From Microbacterium sp. (GTDB lineage Bacteria > Actinomycetota > Actinomycetes > Actinomycetales > Microbacteriaceae), in NCBI GenBank assembly GCA_047607025.1, contig JASGDS010000073.1, forward strand, positions 1 to 40,432: a stretch of DNA of 40,432 nt, written 5' to 3'. The notes below the pieces were generated by a model that did not search any database, had not been told where the DNA came from, and saw only the letters and a list, made by a program, of their open reading frames with translations. The translations under genes and the position numbers were made by a program. Of the stretch, positions 27,159-35,390 are shown one piece after another (position 1 is the stretch's first letter; each line of letters starts with the position of its first letter).

Positions 27159-27980
27159 ATGAGCACCATCGTCCCCACGCTCGATGACACCGAGTTCCGC
27201 GCTGAATGGTCGCGATGGCGAGCCGACCGCGACCAGGCTGTCGCCGCCCCCGACGGCATCCTGCCGATCGTGAGCATCGACTATCTGACGGCGGAACCCC
27301 ACGCGATCGACAGGCTGCCTGGGCGCTGGTCGTCCGGCGAGGAGGGCGTGGTCGTCGACCTCGACGAGGGCGAAAACCTCGATGCGGCGGATGACCCGGA
27401 GGCCCGCCGTGTCGTTCTGACGCGGTCGGAAGCCGGCTCGCGACGAATCGGGCAGGGCCCACTCGTGATTGAACTCGTGCGCGGCGGTGACGGGGACATC
27501 GTGCGGGTGCGCGATGCCCAGGCGCCCGCGGTGACCGCATTCCGCGGCACGCCCGCCTATGAGCCAGACCCCGCCTGGCGCGTGGTCGGCCGCTGGGTGC
27601 CGCAGGAGCAGGCGCTCACGGTTGCGACGGTGTCCGATCGAGTATCGCGTGAAGCGGTCTCGCCGGGATGGGTTGAATTCCTCTTGGGCGGACGCGATTT
27701 CCGACTCACGGCGCTTCCGGCACACGGCCGCTCAGACAGCGTCGTGCTGCTGTTCCGTGACGCCACCTCCGGTGTCACCACCTACGCGGCGCAGCGCGAG
27801 ATTCTTGTGGAGCTGCCGACGCAGGGCGACGACGTGATCATCGACTTCAATCGCGCCTACAACAAACCCTGTGCGTACTCCGACTTCGCGCTGTGCCCGT
27901 TGCCGCCCGCGGGCAACACCCTCGACGTGGCAGTGGAAGCAGGGGAGCGCATCCCCTCCCAGCGAGTACGGGCCCACTGA
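27159..27980 (+). CDS. DUF1684-family protein
   Basis: RVRD..AP....F.G...Y..DP.W, LFRDATSG..TY, IDFNRAYN.PCAYS....CPLPP..N.L...V.AGE. Confidence 0.88.
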   Translation: MSTIVPTLDDTEFRAEWSRWRADRDQAVAAPDGILPIVSIDYLTAEPHAIDRLPGRWSSGEEGVVVDLDEGENLDAADDPEARRVVLTRSEAGSRRIGQGPLVIELVRGGDGDIVRVRDAQAPAVTAFRGTPAYEPDPAWRVVGRWVPQEQALTVATVSDRVSREAVSPGWVEFLLGGRDFRLTALPAHGRSDSVVLLFRDATSGVTTYAAQREILVELPTQGDDVIIDFNRAYNKPCAYSDFALCPLPPAGNTLDVAVEAGERIPSQRVRAH

Positions 27981-27998
27981 TGCGTACGGGAGAGACAC

Positions 27999-28805
27999 AT
28001 GCCAGATGATGATCTGTCGCGTCGCTACGGCGGTAAGCCTCCGACCGGGTCTCTTCCGCAGAACTCCGTGCTCTCGCTGCTCTATCGGCACCGCTCGGTT
28101 CGCCGCTACACCGGTGCGCCCGTCGATGACGCAACGGTGACTGCCCTCATCGCGGCCGCGCAGTCGGCGGCGACGAGCTCGAACCACCAGGCCTGGTCGG
28201 TCGTGGAGGTGCGAGATCCGCAGCGCGCCGATCTCCTTGCGACGCTCGCAGGAGGGCAGGAGTTCATTCGGGAGGCGGCGGTCTTTCTCGTCTTCGTCGC
28301 GGATTGGGCCCGAGCACGAACCATTGCGGCGGCGCACGGCGAGCAGTCGGAAGCCGTCGACTACATCGAGAGCACGCTGGTGGGATTCGTCGACGCCGCG
28401 CTCGCGGCGCAGAACGCGGTGATCGCAGCCGAATCCCTGGGGTTGGGCACCGTGTACGTCGGATCGGTGCGCAATGCGCCCGAGCAGATCGCGGATCTGC
28501 TCGGACTACCTGACGGCGCGTTCCCTGTCGTGGGCGTTGCTCTCGGCCATCCTGATCCGTCCGACCCTGCGGGGATCAAACCACGGCTGCCTCAGCAGGT
28601 TGTGCGACACCGAGAGCAATACCACCGGGCCGATCCAGCTGACATCGACGAATACGAGGCTGCGGTCACGCGCTACTACGAGACCCAGGGTGCATCACGC
28701 GGTTGGATTTCGGCTGCGATAGCCAGGGTTCGCGATGTCGCAGGGCTGAATGGAAGGCACACCCTCCGTGACGCGCTGGCCCGTCGCGGGTTCGCCTCTC
28801 GTTGA
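27999..28805 (+). CDS. NfsA/NfrA-type NADPH-dependent nitro/flavin reductase
   Basis: HRSVRRY, AAQSAATSSNHQAWSVV, VDAALAAQN..IAAESLGLG..Y.G..RN, LLGLP, KPRLP. Confidence 0.92.
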   Translation: MPDDDLSRRYGGKPPTGSLPQNSVLSLLYRHRSVRRYTGAPVDDATVTALIAAAQSAATSSNHQAWSVVEVRDPQRADLLATLAGGQEFIREAAVFLVFVADWARARTIAAAHGEQSEAVDYIESTLVGFVDAALAAQNAVIAAESLGLGTVYVGSVRNAPEQIADLLGLPDGAFPVVGVALGHPDPSDPAGIKPRLPQQVVRHREQYHRADPADIDEYEAAVTRYYETQGASRGWISAAIARVRDVAGLNGRHTLRDALARRGFASR

Positions 28806-28839
28806 GTACACCGTACGCACGTTATGGGTGAGAGGTTCC

Positions 28840-28900
28840 TTCCGCCGCCGTCGGGGGTGCCAGGCAGCCGGTCACGGCGGCGCAATTCGGGCACGACGAG
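28840..28900 (-). pseudogene. 3'-end remnant of an NtaA/LLM monooxygenase gene
   Basis: Encodes LVVPELRRRDRL; 28875-28900 is 24/26 identical to 29993-30018 of the intact neighbour (LVVPELRRRGRL). Confidence 0.6.
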
Positions 28901-29051
28901 TGTCGAGAACGCGAGCAACCCGCCGATGATCCTCATGCTGCTGCCAATGCTCGGCAGTGGTCTGGTACCCACGGATGCCATGCCGCCCTGGCGGCAGTGG
29001 TTCGCGGAGGACCAGCCGGTCACCCCGAACATCGAGACCGTGCGCCGCGGC
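28893..29051 (+). pseudogene. Internal fragment of an ABC-2 (DrrB-like) permease
   Basis: SVENASNPPMILMLLPMLGSGLVPTDAMP.W..WFAE.QP.TP.IETVR resembles the DrrB C-terminal motif (S..FVP...MP.WL..FA..QP.T); flanks do not continue the family. Confidence 0.7.
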
Positions 29052-29066
29052 GTACGCCCAGTCGCG

Positions 29067-29705
29067 TCAGGCGGCGGTGTCGAAGACGCCGGTGACGGTC
29101 GCCGAGACCGTGATCTCGGGGATCGTCACCTCGGCCGACTCGGTGGAGAACGCCTGAGCTCGCATCATCGTGCGAGGGCGGAAGTCTGCGGTGTCGCCTC
29201 CGACGACATCCGAGATGCTGACGACGTGATCGATCGTCTCGCCGAGCGCCTCCGCATAGTCGTCGGCGACCGCGCGCGCCTGGTGCACCGCGTCGCGGCG
29301 GGCGTCCTTCTCGACTCTCTTGCGGAACTCCTCGGTGAGCGTCCAATCCACGTTCGTGGTCACACCCTCGTACGCCATCTCGGTGACGAGGTCGCTCACG
29401 AGCTCGAGGTTCTGCAGCTTGACGCGCACGGTCGACGCCGTGCGGTGCTCGATGTCGACCTGCGACTTCGAGCCTTTGCGCAGCGTCTTGAACGCATAGG
29501 TGTGGATCGGGTCGGCCGAATGCCAGGTGGCGTCGTTCGACTCGCGCAGCGCGACGGCGCGCGCGACGATGCGGTTGTGCAGTGCGGTGGCGGTCTCGAT
29601 GCTGTGCGCGCGGCTGGCCGAGGTGACCGAGACGGAGATCGTGATCGTGGCGCGCTCGGCGGTGTAGAACGCCTCGCTGGTGCCCTGGGCGTGGATGGTC
29701 GTCAT
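29067..29705 (-). CDS. SIMPL/DUF541-family protein
   Basis: I...G........AE.A.I.I.V, AV..AR..A..YA.ALG, EITVSATV...F; TAGGAT 6 nt before ATG (leaderless). Confidence 0.85.
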   Translation of the reverse strand: MTTIHAQGTSEAFYTAERATITISVSVTSASRAHSIETATALHNRIVARAVALRESNDATWHSADPIHTYAFKTLRKGSKSQVDIEHRTASTVRVKLQNLELVSDLVTEMAYEGVTTNVDWTLTEEFRKRVEKDARRDAVHQARAVADDYAEALGETIDHVVSISDVVGGDTADFRPRTMMRAQAFSTESAEVTIPEITVSATVTGVFDTAA

Positions 29706-29727
29706 GCGCCGATCCTATGCGGCTCCC

Positions 29728-29816
29728 CCTGACGCATGGCGGGAGGTCTGACGTTTGGCGGGTGGAAATGGCCGTCTGGCCCGCTGGGTGTCAGGCGACC
29801 CGCAGGGTGTCAGGTC
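29728..29816. repeat. REP-like nested palindrome (CTGACG-N4-GCGG x2 ... CCGC-N4-TGTCAG x2)
   Basis: Two left and two right arms; same family as 8989-9060; contains the stop codon of the NtaA gene. Confidence 0.7.
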
Positions 29817-31230
29817 CTTCGACAGGCTCAGGCCCTTCGACAGGCTCAGGAACCTCGACAGGCTCAGGAACCTCGTCGAGGTACGCGCCGCCGCGGTAGC
29901 GGGCGCCGTAATGGGTGGATGGCAGCCGGTCGCCTCGTCCGAACAGGGCCCGCCGCAGCGTGGTCGGCTCGCCGGGCTCGGCGAGGCGCCCTCGGCGGCG
30001 CAGCTCGGGCACGACGAGCTCGGCGAAATCGCGCGCGGTGTCGAACGAGTGGTACTGCCTGAGGTTGATGCCGTCCACGCCGTCGACGTCGAGCCAGTGC
30101 TCGATCTGGTCGGCGACGACGGAGGGCGTTGCCGCCACGAAGAAGCGTCCCTCGCGACCTGCGACGAGGGCGTCCAGCGCCTCACCCACCGTCTCGCCCT
30201 GGAACGGCCCTCGCCGCCCGGCATCCGCGCCCGGCAGGTCAGCCAGCCTGGTCTCCCGCGGAAACGCCGTCAGGTCGATCGGCGCGCCGCCATGCGTCAG
30301 GATGCCCTCGATCGAGGTGTTCTGCTGGTAGGTTCGCCACTTCTCGGCGGCCTCCTCCTCGGTGCGTCCGACGACCACGCCCGCCTGCACGATGAACCTC
30401 AGGTCGTCTCCCGAACGCCCCCGCGACACCGCGGCATCCCGCATCTGCTGCGCATTGCGCCGGAAGTCCTCGGACGTGCGCCCGCCCGTGAACACCAGTT
30501 CGGCATGCTTGCCCGCGAACGCGATGCCCGCGGGCGACCCCGTCGCCTGGAACAGCACCGGCGTGCGCTGCGGCGACGGCTCGGCCAGGTGCGGCCCCTT
30601 CACCCGGAAGTTCTCGCCGACATGGTTGATATAGCGCACCTTCGTGGGGTCGCTGTAGATGCCGCGCTCGCGGTCGCGCAGCACCGCGTCGTCGTCCCAC
30701 GACCCCTCCCACAGCTTGTAGAGCACGTCGAGGTACTCGTCGGCGATCTCGTACCGCCGATCGTGCGGCACCTCGCCATCCAGCCCGAAGTTCGCCGCCG
30801 CGTTCGGCAGGTACGAGGTGACGATGTTCCAGCCGACCCGGCCTTTCGTCAGATGGTCGAGCGTCGACATTCGCCGCGCGAACGCGAACGGCGGCTCGTA
30901 TGTGGTCGAGAACGTCGCACCGAAACCGAGGCGTTTCGTGGCCGCCGCCATCGCGGGGATGACCAGCAGCGGGTCGTTCGACGGAATCTGCATGCCCTCG
31001 ACGAGCGCGGTCGCGGGCGAGCCGCGGAACTGATCGTAGGTGCCGATGACGTCGGCGAGGAACACCGCGTGGAAGCCGCCGTCCTCGAGAATCTGGGAGA
31101 GTTCGATCCAGTAGTCGAGGTCTTTGTACCGCTCGCGGTTGTTGTCGGGCAGCCGCCACAGCCCGTGAGTGATGTGGCTGGGCGTGTTCATCTCGAACAG
31201 GTTCAGGATGAGCTGCTTCTTGTCGGTCAC
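29791..31230 (-). CDS. NtaA/DmoA/DszA-family FMNH2-dependent monooxygenase
   Basis: LNLFEM....H..HGLW, LE.GGF.AVFLADV.G.YD, NDP, FARRMSTLDHLTKGRVGWNIVT, LWEGSW, PSPQRTPVLFQA; GTG start overlapping the upstream stop. Confidence 0.93.
   Translation of the reverse strand: MTDKKQLILNLFEMNTPSHITHGLWRLPDNNRERYKDLDYWIELSQILEDGGFHAVFLADVIGTYDQFRGSPATALVEGMQIPSNDPLLVIPAMAAATKRLGFGATFSTTYEPPFAFARRMSTLDHLTKGRVGWNIVTSYLPNAAANFGLDGEVPHDRRYEIADEYLDVLYKLWEGSWDDDAVLRDRERGIYSDPTKVRYINHVGENFRVKGPHLAEPSPQRTPVLFQATGSPAGIAFAGKHAELVFTGGRTSEDFRRNAQQMRDAAVSRGRSGDDLRFIVQAGVVVGRTEEEAAEKWRTYQQNTSIEGILTHGGAPIDLTAFPRETRLADLPGADAGRRGPFQGETVGEALDALVAGREGRFFVAATPSVVADQIEHWLDVDGVDGINLRQYHSFDTARDFAELVVPELRRRGRLAEPGEPTTLRRALFGRGDRLPSTHYGARYRGGAYLDEVPEPVEVPEPVEGPEPVEGPDTLRVA
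29816..29880. repeat. Tandem 18-bp repeats with core TCGACAGGCTCAGG (3 copies plus a partial)
   Basis: Copies at 29816, 29834, 29853; translated as EVPEPVEVPEPVEGPEPVEG in the NtaA C-terminus. Confidence 0.9.
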
Positions 31231-32468
31231 TTGTCCCCCTCGACAAGTGCTTCGACAGGCTCAGCAACCGGGACCGAAGCGGGTGCGCCCCATGTCGGCA
31301 GGGTGCCGTTCAGCTCGTATTCGCCGATCGCGCGCAGTCGCTGGATGGCCGGATTGTGCGAATGGATGGTCCGCACGTTGCGCCAGTGCCGGTCGAGGCC
31401 GATGCCGGTGCTCGTGGCCGATGCGCCCCCCACCTCGAAGAGCTTCGTCGTCGCATCGAGCACGAGCGGCGACACCACCTGCTGCAGCCGGAAGAGGGCG
31501 ATAAGTGCGCCGCGCGCCGACTCCTCGCCGCCGGCCAGCCGCGCGGCGGTGATGGTCGCGGCCCCCGAGAGCACGAGCCGCGAGGCTGCGTCGACGAGGC
31601 TCGACACCTCGCCGACGACCGACTGCGTGAGGGCGTCGTCGCGGGGCAGCGTCTCGCCGGGGGAGCCGAAGATGCGCCGCCGTGGACGCACGAAGTCGAT
31701 CGTCTCGCGCAGCGCCGCCTGCCCCGCCCCCGCGGCCACCGCGAGCAGCACGAGCTGGAACACCGCCGCCGTCAGCGAGCTCTGCTCGGGGTCCTCGCCC
31801 GGCACGTGCAGGTCGGCTGCATCGACGGGAACGTCCTGGAACGTCGTCGTGCCGCTGCCGGTGAGCGGCTGCCCGAAGCCGTCCCAGTCGTCGATCGATT
31901 CGACACCGACATCGTGCGACGACACCGCCGCGTGCACCCGCTCCTCGCCATCCAGTGCGCTCAGCACGATCCAGTCGGCGTAGATGCTGCCCGTCGTGTA
32001 GTACTTCGTGCCGGTCAGCGTCAGGCGATCGCCATCCCGATTCAGGATGGTCGTGATCTGCGCCACCTCCTGCCGCTCCGACTGCGCATTGCCGATCAGG
32101 TCTCCATCCGCGATGCGTCGCAGCCACCGCGAGGTGTGAGCGTCGGATGCATCCTCGGTCAGCAGACCCTCGACGAACGCGATGTGCCCGCGGTAGATGT
32201 GCGCCAGGTTGGAGTCGGCGGATGCGATGCGCACGAGCCGCTCGATCAGCTGCTCGAACGTGGCGCCGAGACCGCCGACCGAGGAGGGCAGGCGCAGCGC
32301 GCCGAAGCCCAGGCGCTGGAGCGCCGCGACATCGTCATGCAGCAGCTGCCGAAGCTGCGCGCGCTCGAGCGCGCGCTCGCGCACGCCGACGAGCAGCACG
32401 TCGAGCTCGCGGTCGAATGCTTCGAGGGTGGATGGCCGAGGCGGCGCGTCGAGCACGGGGGAGGTCAT
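31227..32468 (-). CDS. Acyl-CoA dehydrogenase-fold monooxygenase, DszC/SfnB-like
   Basis: ADSNLAHIYRGH, KYYTTGSIYADW, DDWDGFGQPLTGSG, LDRHWRNVRTIHSHNP; TAGAGT 8 nt before ATG 32468. Confidence 0.92.
   Translation of the reverse strand: MTSPVLDAPPRPSTLEAFDRELDVLLVGVRERALERAQLRQLLHDDVAALQRLGFGALRLPSSVGGLGATFEQLIERLVRIASADSNLAHIYRGHIAFVEGLLTEDASDAHTSRWLRRIADGDLIGNAQSERQEVAQITTILNRDGDRLTLTGTKYYTTGSIYADWIVLSALDGEERVHAAVSSHDVGVESIDDWDGFGQPLTGSGTTTFQDVPVDAADLHVPGEDPEQSSLTAAVFQLVLLAVAAGAGQAALRETIDFVRPRRRIFGSPGETLPRDDALTQSVVGEVSSLVDAASRLVLSGAATITAARLAGGEESARGALIALFRLQQVVSPLVLDATTKLFEVGGASATSTGIGLDRHWRNVRTIHSHNPAIQRLRAIGEYELNGTLPTWGAPASVPVAEPVEALVEGDK
31237..31264. repeat. Single CTTCGACAGGCTCAG repeat copy plus a degenerate copy at a gene 3' end
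   Basis: CTTCGACAGGCTCAG at 31250-31264, identical to the core at 29817; encodes AEPVEALVEG. Confidence 0.75.
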
Positions 32469-32493
32469 GATGGGTGACTCTATGGCGCACCGC

Positions 32494-32560
32494 GTCACAC
32501 CACGACACTCTGTGGCGCCGTGTTACCGACCGTGTCCTCACGTGACACGCCGGATGACGC
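32494..32560. promoter_or_regulatory. Divergent promoter region with GTCAC/GTTAC/GTGAC/ATGACG motifs
   Basis: GTCAC 32494, GTTAC 32522, GTGAC-N7-ATGACG at 32542 (cf. GTTAC-N7-ATGACG at 5584); TAGCGT -10-like at 32577. Confidence 0.4.
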
Positions 32561-32639
32561 AGGTCGCGTGGCCGGATAGCGTCGCTGTCGCGGTGCCGAC
32601 GAGCGGCATCGGGGGAACAAGCAGGAAGGAGAGGACTTC

Positions 32640-34382
32640 ATGTCGGACATCCCAGATGGCAGCAGTTCAGACGACAGGAGCGACGCGAAGCGCGCGCTCG
32701 ATGACGCGCTCGCCCAGGCGGACAAGAGCGGGAAGACGCGGCGCCGCCGCCGCACGATCGGAATCGCGGCCGTCGCCGTTGTGGCCGTCGGTGCCGCGAT
32801 CTGGGGCGGCATCGCGGCGCTCCCCGGCGACACGGACGCCGAGGCGGCCACCACGGCCGACAAGGAGGGCGGCACCCTCATCTACCTGGATGCCGAGGCC
32901 TCCGTCTCGACGCAGCCGCAGGGCGCGGGAACCTGGCAGGACTCCGCCTACCTCGAGAACATCACCGATCGCCTCGTCTGGAAGAACCCGGAGACCGCCG
33001 AGATCGAGCCCTACATCGCCGAGAAGTGGGACATCTCCGACGACGGGAAGACCTACCGGTTCTGGATCCGCGACGGCGTCACGTATTCGGATGGCACGTC
33101 CCTCGACGCCGAGAACGTCAAGCGCAACCTCGAATGGCAGGCGAACGGCGACGAGGAGAACGGCATCCAGCCATCCACCTCGTGGCCCGAGCTCGATGAC
33201 ATCACCGTCGACGACAATGTCGTCACGGTGCAGCTCGCCACGCCCTACGCCTCCTTCCTCGAGGTGCTCTCCGGCTGGGCATCCTCGCTCGTGGCCGACC
33301 AGACGATCGACGCGCCGCTCGAGACGCAGCAGCAGATCACCGGCATCATCGGCAGCGGCCCCTTCACCGTGGAGAGCGAGACGTACGGCGAATCGATCGT
33401 CTTCGTCAAGCGCGAGGGATACGACTGGGCGCCGCCGAGCGCCGGCCACCAGGGCGAGGCCTACCTCGACCGCGTCGAGGTGCACGCGGTGACAGACGAC
33501 ACGGCCAGGCTCGGCGCCTTCCGCTCCGACCAGGCCGACGTCATCCGCTACATTCAGCCGACAGACGAGAAGCAGCTCACGGCCGATGGCGACTATCAGG
33601 TGATCGCCGCCCAGGGGCTCGGCGCCACGAACCAGTGGTATCTGCGGCTGTCGGTTCCCGCGCTGCAGGATGTGCGCGTGCGGCAGGCGCTGCAGAGCGG
33701 CATCAACCGGCAGCAGATCATCGACGAGCTCTACACCGACAACTGGCAGGTGGCGAAGAGCGTCGTGACAGAAGACACCTTCGGGTTCAAGGACGAGAGC
33801 GACAAGCTCGTCTACGACCCCGACAAGTCCAACGAGCTGCTCGATGAGGCGGGATGGACCGAGCGCGACGCCGACGGGTACCGCACGAAGGATGGCGAAC
33901 GGCTGACGCTGCACACCGTCATCGACGTCTACGACAGCACCGCCAAGCCGCTCTACCAGCTGGTGCAGGCGCAGCTGAAGACGCTCGGCATCGAGCTCGA
34001 CCTGCGCGAGGCCGACTATTCGCAGGTCTCGGAGGCGTACTCGGCCGAGGATGTCGCCGCGACGCGATCCGGATGGCCCTATCCCGCGCCGTGGGTGACG
34101 CTGAACACCGCGTGGAACACCGAGAAGACGAACGCGTTCAAGCTGGAAGAGGGTGAAGACCCGACCCTGGATGACCTGCTCGCGAAGCAGGCGGTCGCCA
34201 CCGACGACACGGAGCGCGCGGAGCTTCTCGGCCAGCTGCAGGACTACGTGATCGACCAGGCCTACACGCTGCCGATCATCAAGGACTCGCAGATCTTCGC
34301 CGTGCAGAACCGCATCCACGACTTCGGGTTCAGCGCCGAGGCTCGCCCCCTGTTCTACAACGTGTGGACGGAGGCGAAGTAG
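32640..34382 (+). CDS. Family-5 ABC substrate-binding protein with N-terminal transmembrane anchor
   Basis: RRRRR followed by a hydrophobic helix, no lipobox Cys; GGTLIYL, NITDRLVW.NP.T.EIEP.IAE.W, GVTYSDGT.LDA, GSGPF; resembles the KPN_01854-type binding proteins. Confidence 0.92.
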   Translation: MSDIPDGSSSDDRSDAKRALDDALAQADKSGKTRRRRRTIGIAAVAVVAVGAAIWGGIAALPGDTDAEAATTADKEGGTLIYLDAEASVSTQPQGAGTWQDSAYLENITDRLVWKNPETAEIEPYIAEKWDISDDGKTYRFWIRDGVTYSDGTSLDAENVKRNLEWQANGDEENGIQPSTSWPELDDITVDDNVVTVQLATPYASFLEVLSGWASSLVADQTIDAPLETQQQITGIIGSGPFTVESETYGESIVFVKREGYDWAPPSAGHQGEAYLDRVEVHAVTDDTARLGAFRSDQADVIRYIQPTDEKQLTADGDYQVIAAQGLGATNQWYLRLSVPALQDVRVRQALQSGINRQQIIDELYTDNWQVAKSVVTEDTFGFKDESDKLVYDPDKSNELLDEAGWTERDADGYRTKDGERLTLHTVIDVYDSTAKPLYQLVQAQLKTLGIELDLREADYSQVSEAYSAEDVAATRSGWPYPAPWVTLNTAWNTEKTNAFKLEEGEDPTLDDLLAKQAVATDDTERAELLGQLQDYVIDQAYTLPIIKDSQIFAVQNRIHDFGFSAEARPLFYNVWTEAK

Positions 34383-34385
34383 GCC

Positions 34386-35390
34386 ATGAGCGTGCGACTG
34401 CGCTACGTGCTGCGACGAGTGCTGCACGCGCTCATCGTGGTGGCCCTGGCCTACCTGCTGACCTACTGGGTGCTCTTCGCCCTGCCGGGCGACCCGGTGC
34501 AGAACCGGCTCGACAACCCGCAGAACCCGGTGCCGCCCGATCTGGCGCAGGCGATCATCGCGTACTACAACCTCGACAAGCCCATCGTGCTGCAGTTCTT
34601 CATCACGGTCGGGCGGCTGCTGCACGGCGACCTGGGATACTCGCTCGGAACGGGAAGGAGCGTCACCGATCTGCTGCTGCAGGGCCTCGGATCGACGACC
34701 CTGCTCGCTCTTGCGGCACTTGTCGTCGCCCTGGTGCTGGCGGTCGGCGTCGCCTTCGTCGGCGTGTTCGCCCCCTGGCGGCCCGTTCGCAGCCTCTTCC
34801 GGCTGTTCCCCTCGCTGTCGCTGGCCACGCCCAGCTTCCTCATCGGGCTGTTCCTGCTGCAGATCTTCTCCTATCAGCTGGGCCTCGTCTCGGCGATCGA
34901 CACCTCGAGCGCCGCCAGCCTCGTGCTGCCGGCGGTGACCCTCGGCATCAGTGTCAGCCCGGCGGTGACGCAGATCCTCATTCAAGGGCTGTCGGCCGCC
35001 AAGGTGCAGCCGTTCGTGAAGGTGCTGCGCTCGCGTGGGCTGTCCGAGGGGCGCATCATCGGGAAGCACCTGCTGCGCAACGGCTCGATTCCCGCAGTGA
35101 CGCTGTTCGCGCTGACGGTGGCCGACCTCATCGCCGGCTCGGTGATCGTCGAGACCGTCTTCAACCGCGCCGGCCTCGGCTTCGTGACCGAGCAGGCCGT
35201 GCGCTCGCAGGACAGCCCCGTCATCCTGGGCGTCGTGCTGCTGGTCGCCGCGCTCTATTCGGTGGTGAACCTCGTGACCGACCTCATCTATCCCGTGATC
35301 GATCCGCGCATCAGCATCACGGAGTCGCGACTGGGCAGGCCCGCAGCCAGCCCCGTGAGGAAGCTCGTGGCGTCGGGGGGTGCCTCATGA
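34386..35390 (+). CDS. ABC permease, DppB/OppB type
   Basis: LPGDP, LDKP, GDLGYS, HLLRN, ETVFNRAGLG, NLVTDLIYPVIDPRI. Confidence 0.93.
   Translation: MSVRLRYVLRRVLHALIVVALAYLLTYWVLFALPGDPVQNRLDNPQNPVPPDLAQAIIAYYNLDKPIVLQFFITVGRLLHGDLGYSLGTGRSVTDLLLQGLGSTTLLALAALVVALVLAVGVAFVGVFAPWRPVRSLFRLFPSLSLATPSFLIGLFLLQIFSYQLGLVSAIDTSSAASLVLPAVTLGISVSPAVTQILIQGLSAAKVQPFVKVLRSRGLSEGRIIGKHLLRNGSIPAVTLFALTVADLIAGSVIVETVFNRAGLGFVTEQAVRSQDSPVILGVVLLVAALYSVVNLVTDLIYPVIDPRISITESRLGRPAASPVRKLVASGGAS

Noticed and set aside
29816-29880. Mini-CRISPR
   Set aside because: Head-to-tail 18-bp tandem repeats without unique spacers, inside a CDS.
2235-32468. Assigning dszA/dszC/ssuD/sfnG/panE/bisC symbols
   Set aside because: Family motifs are clear but orthology and substrate cannot be determined by eye; no DszB-like desulfinase is seen.
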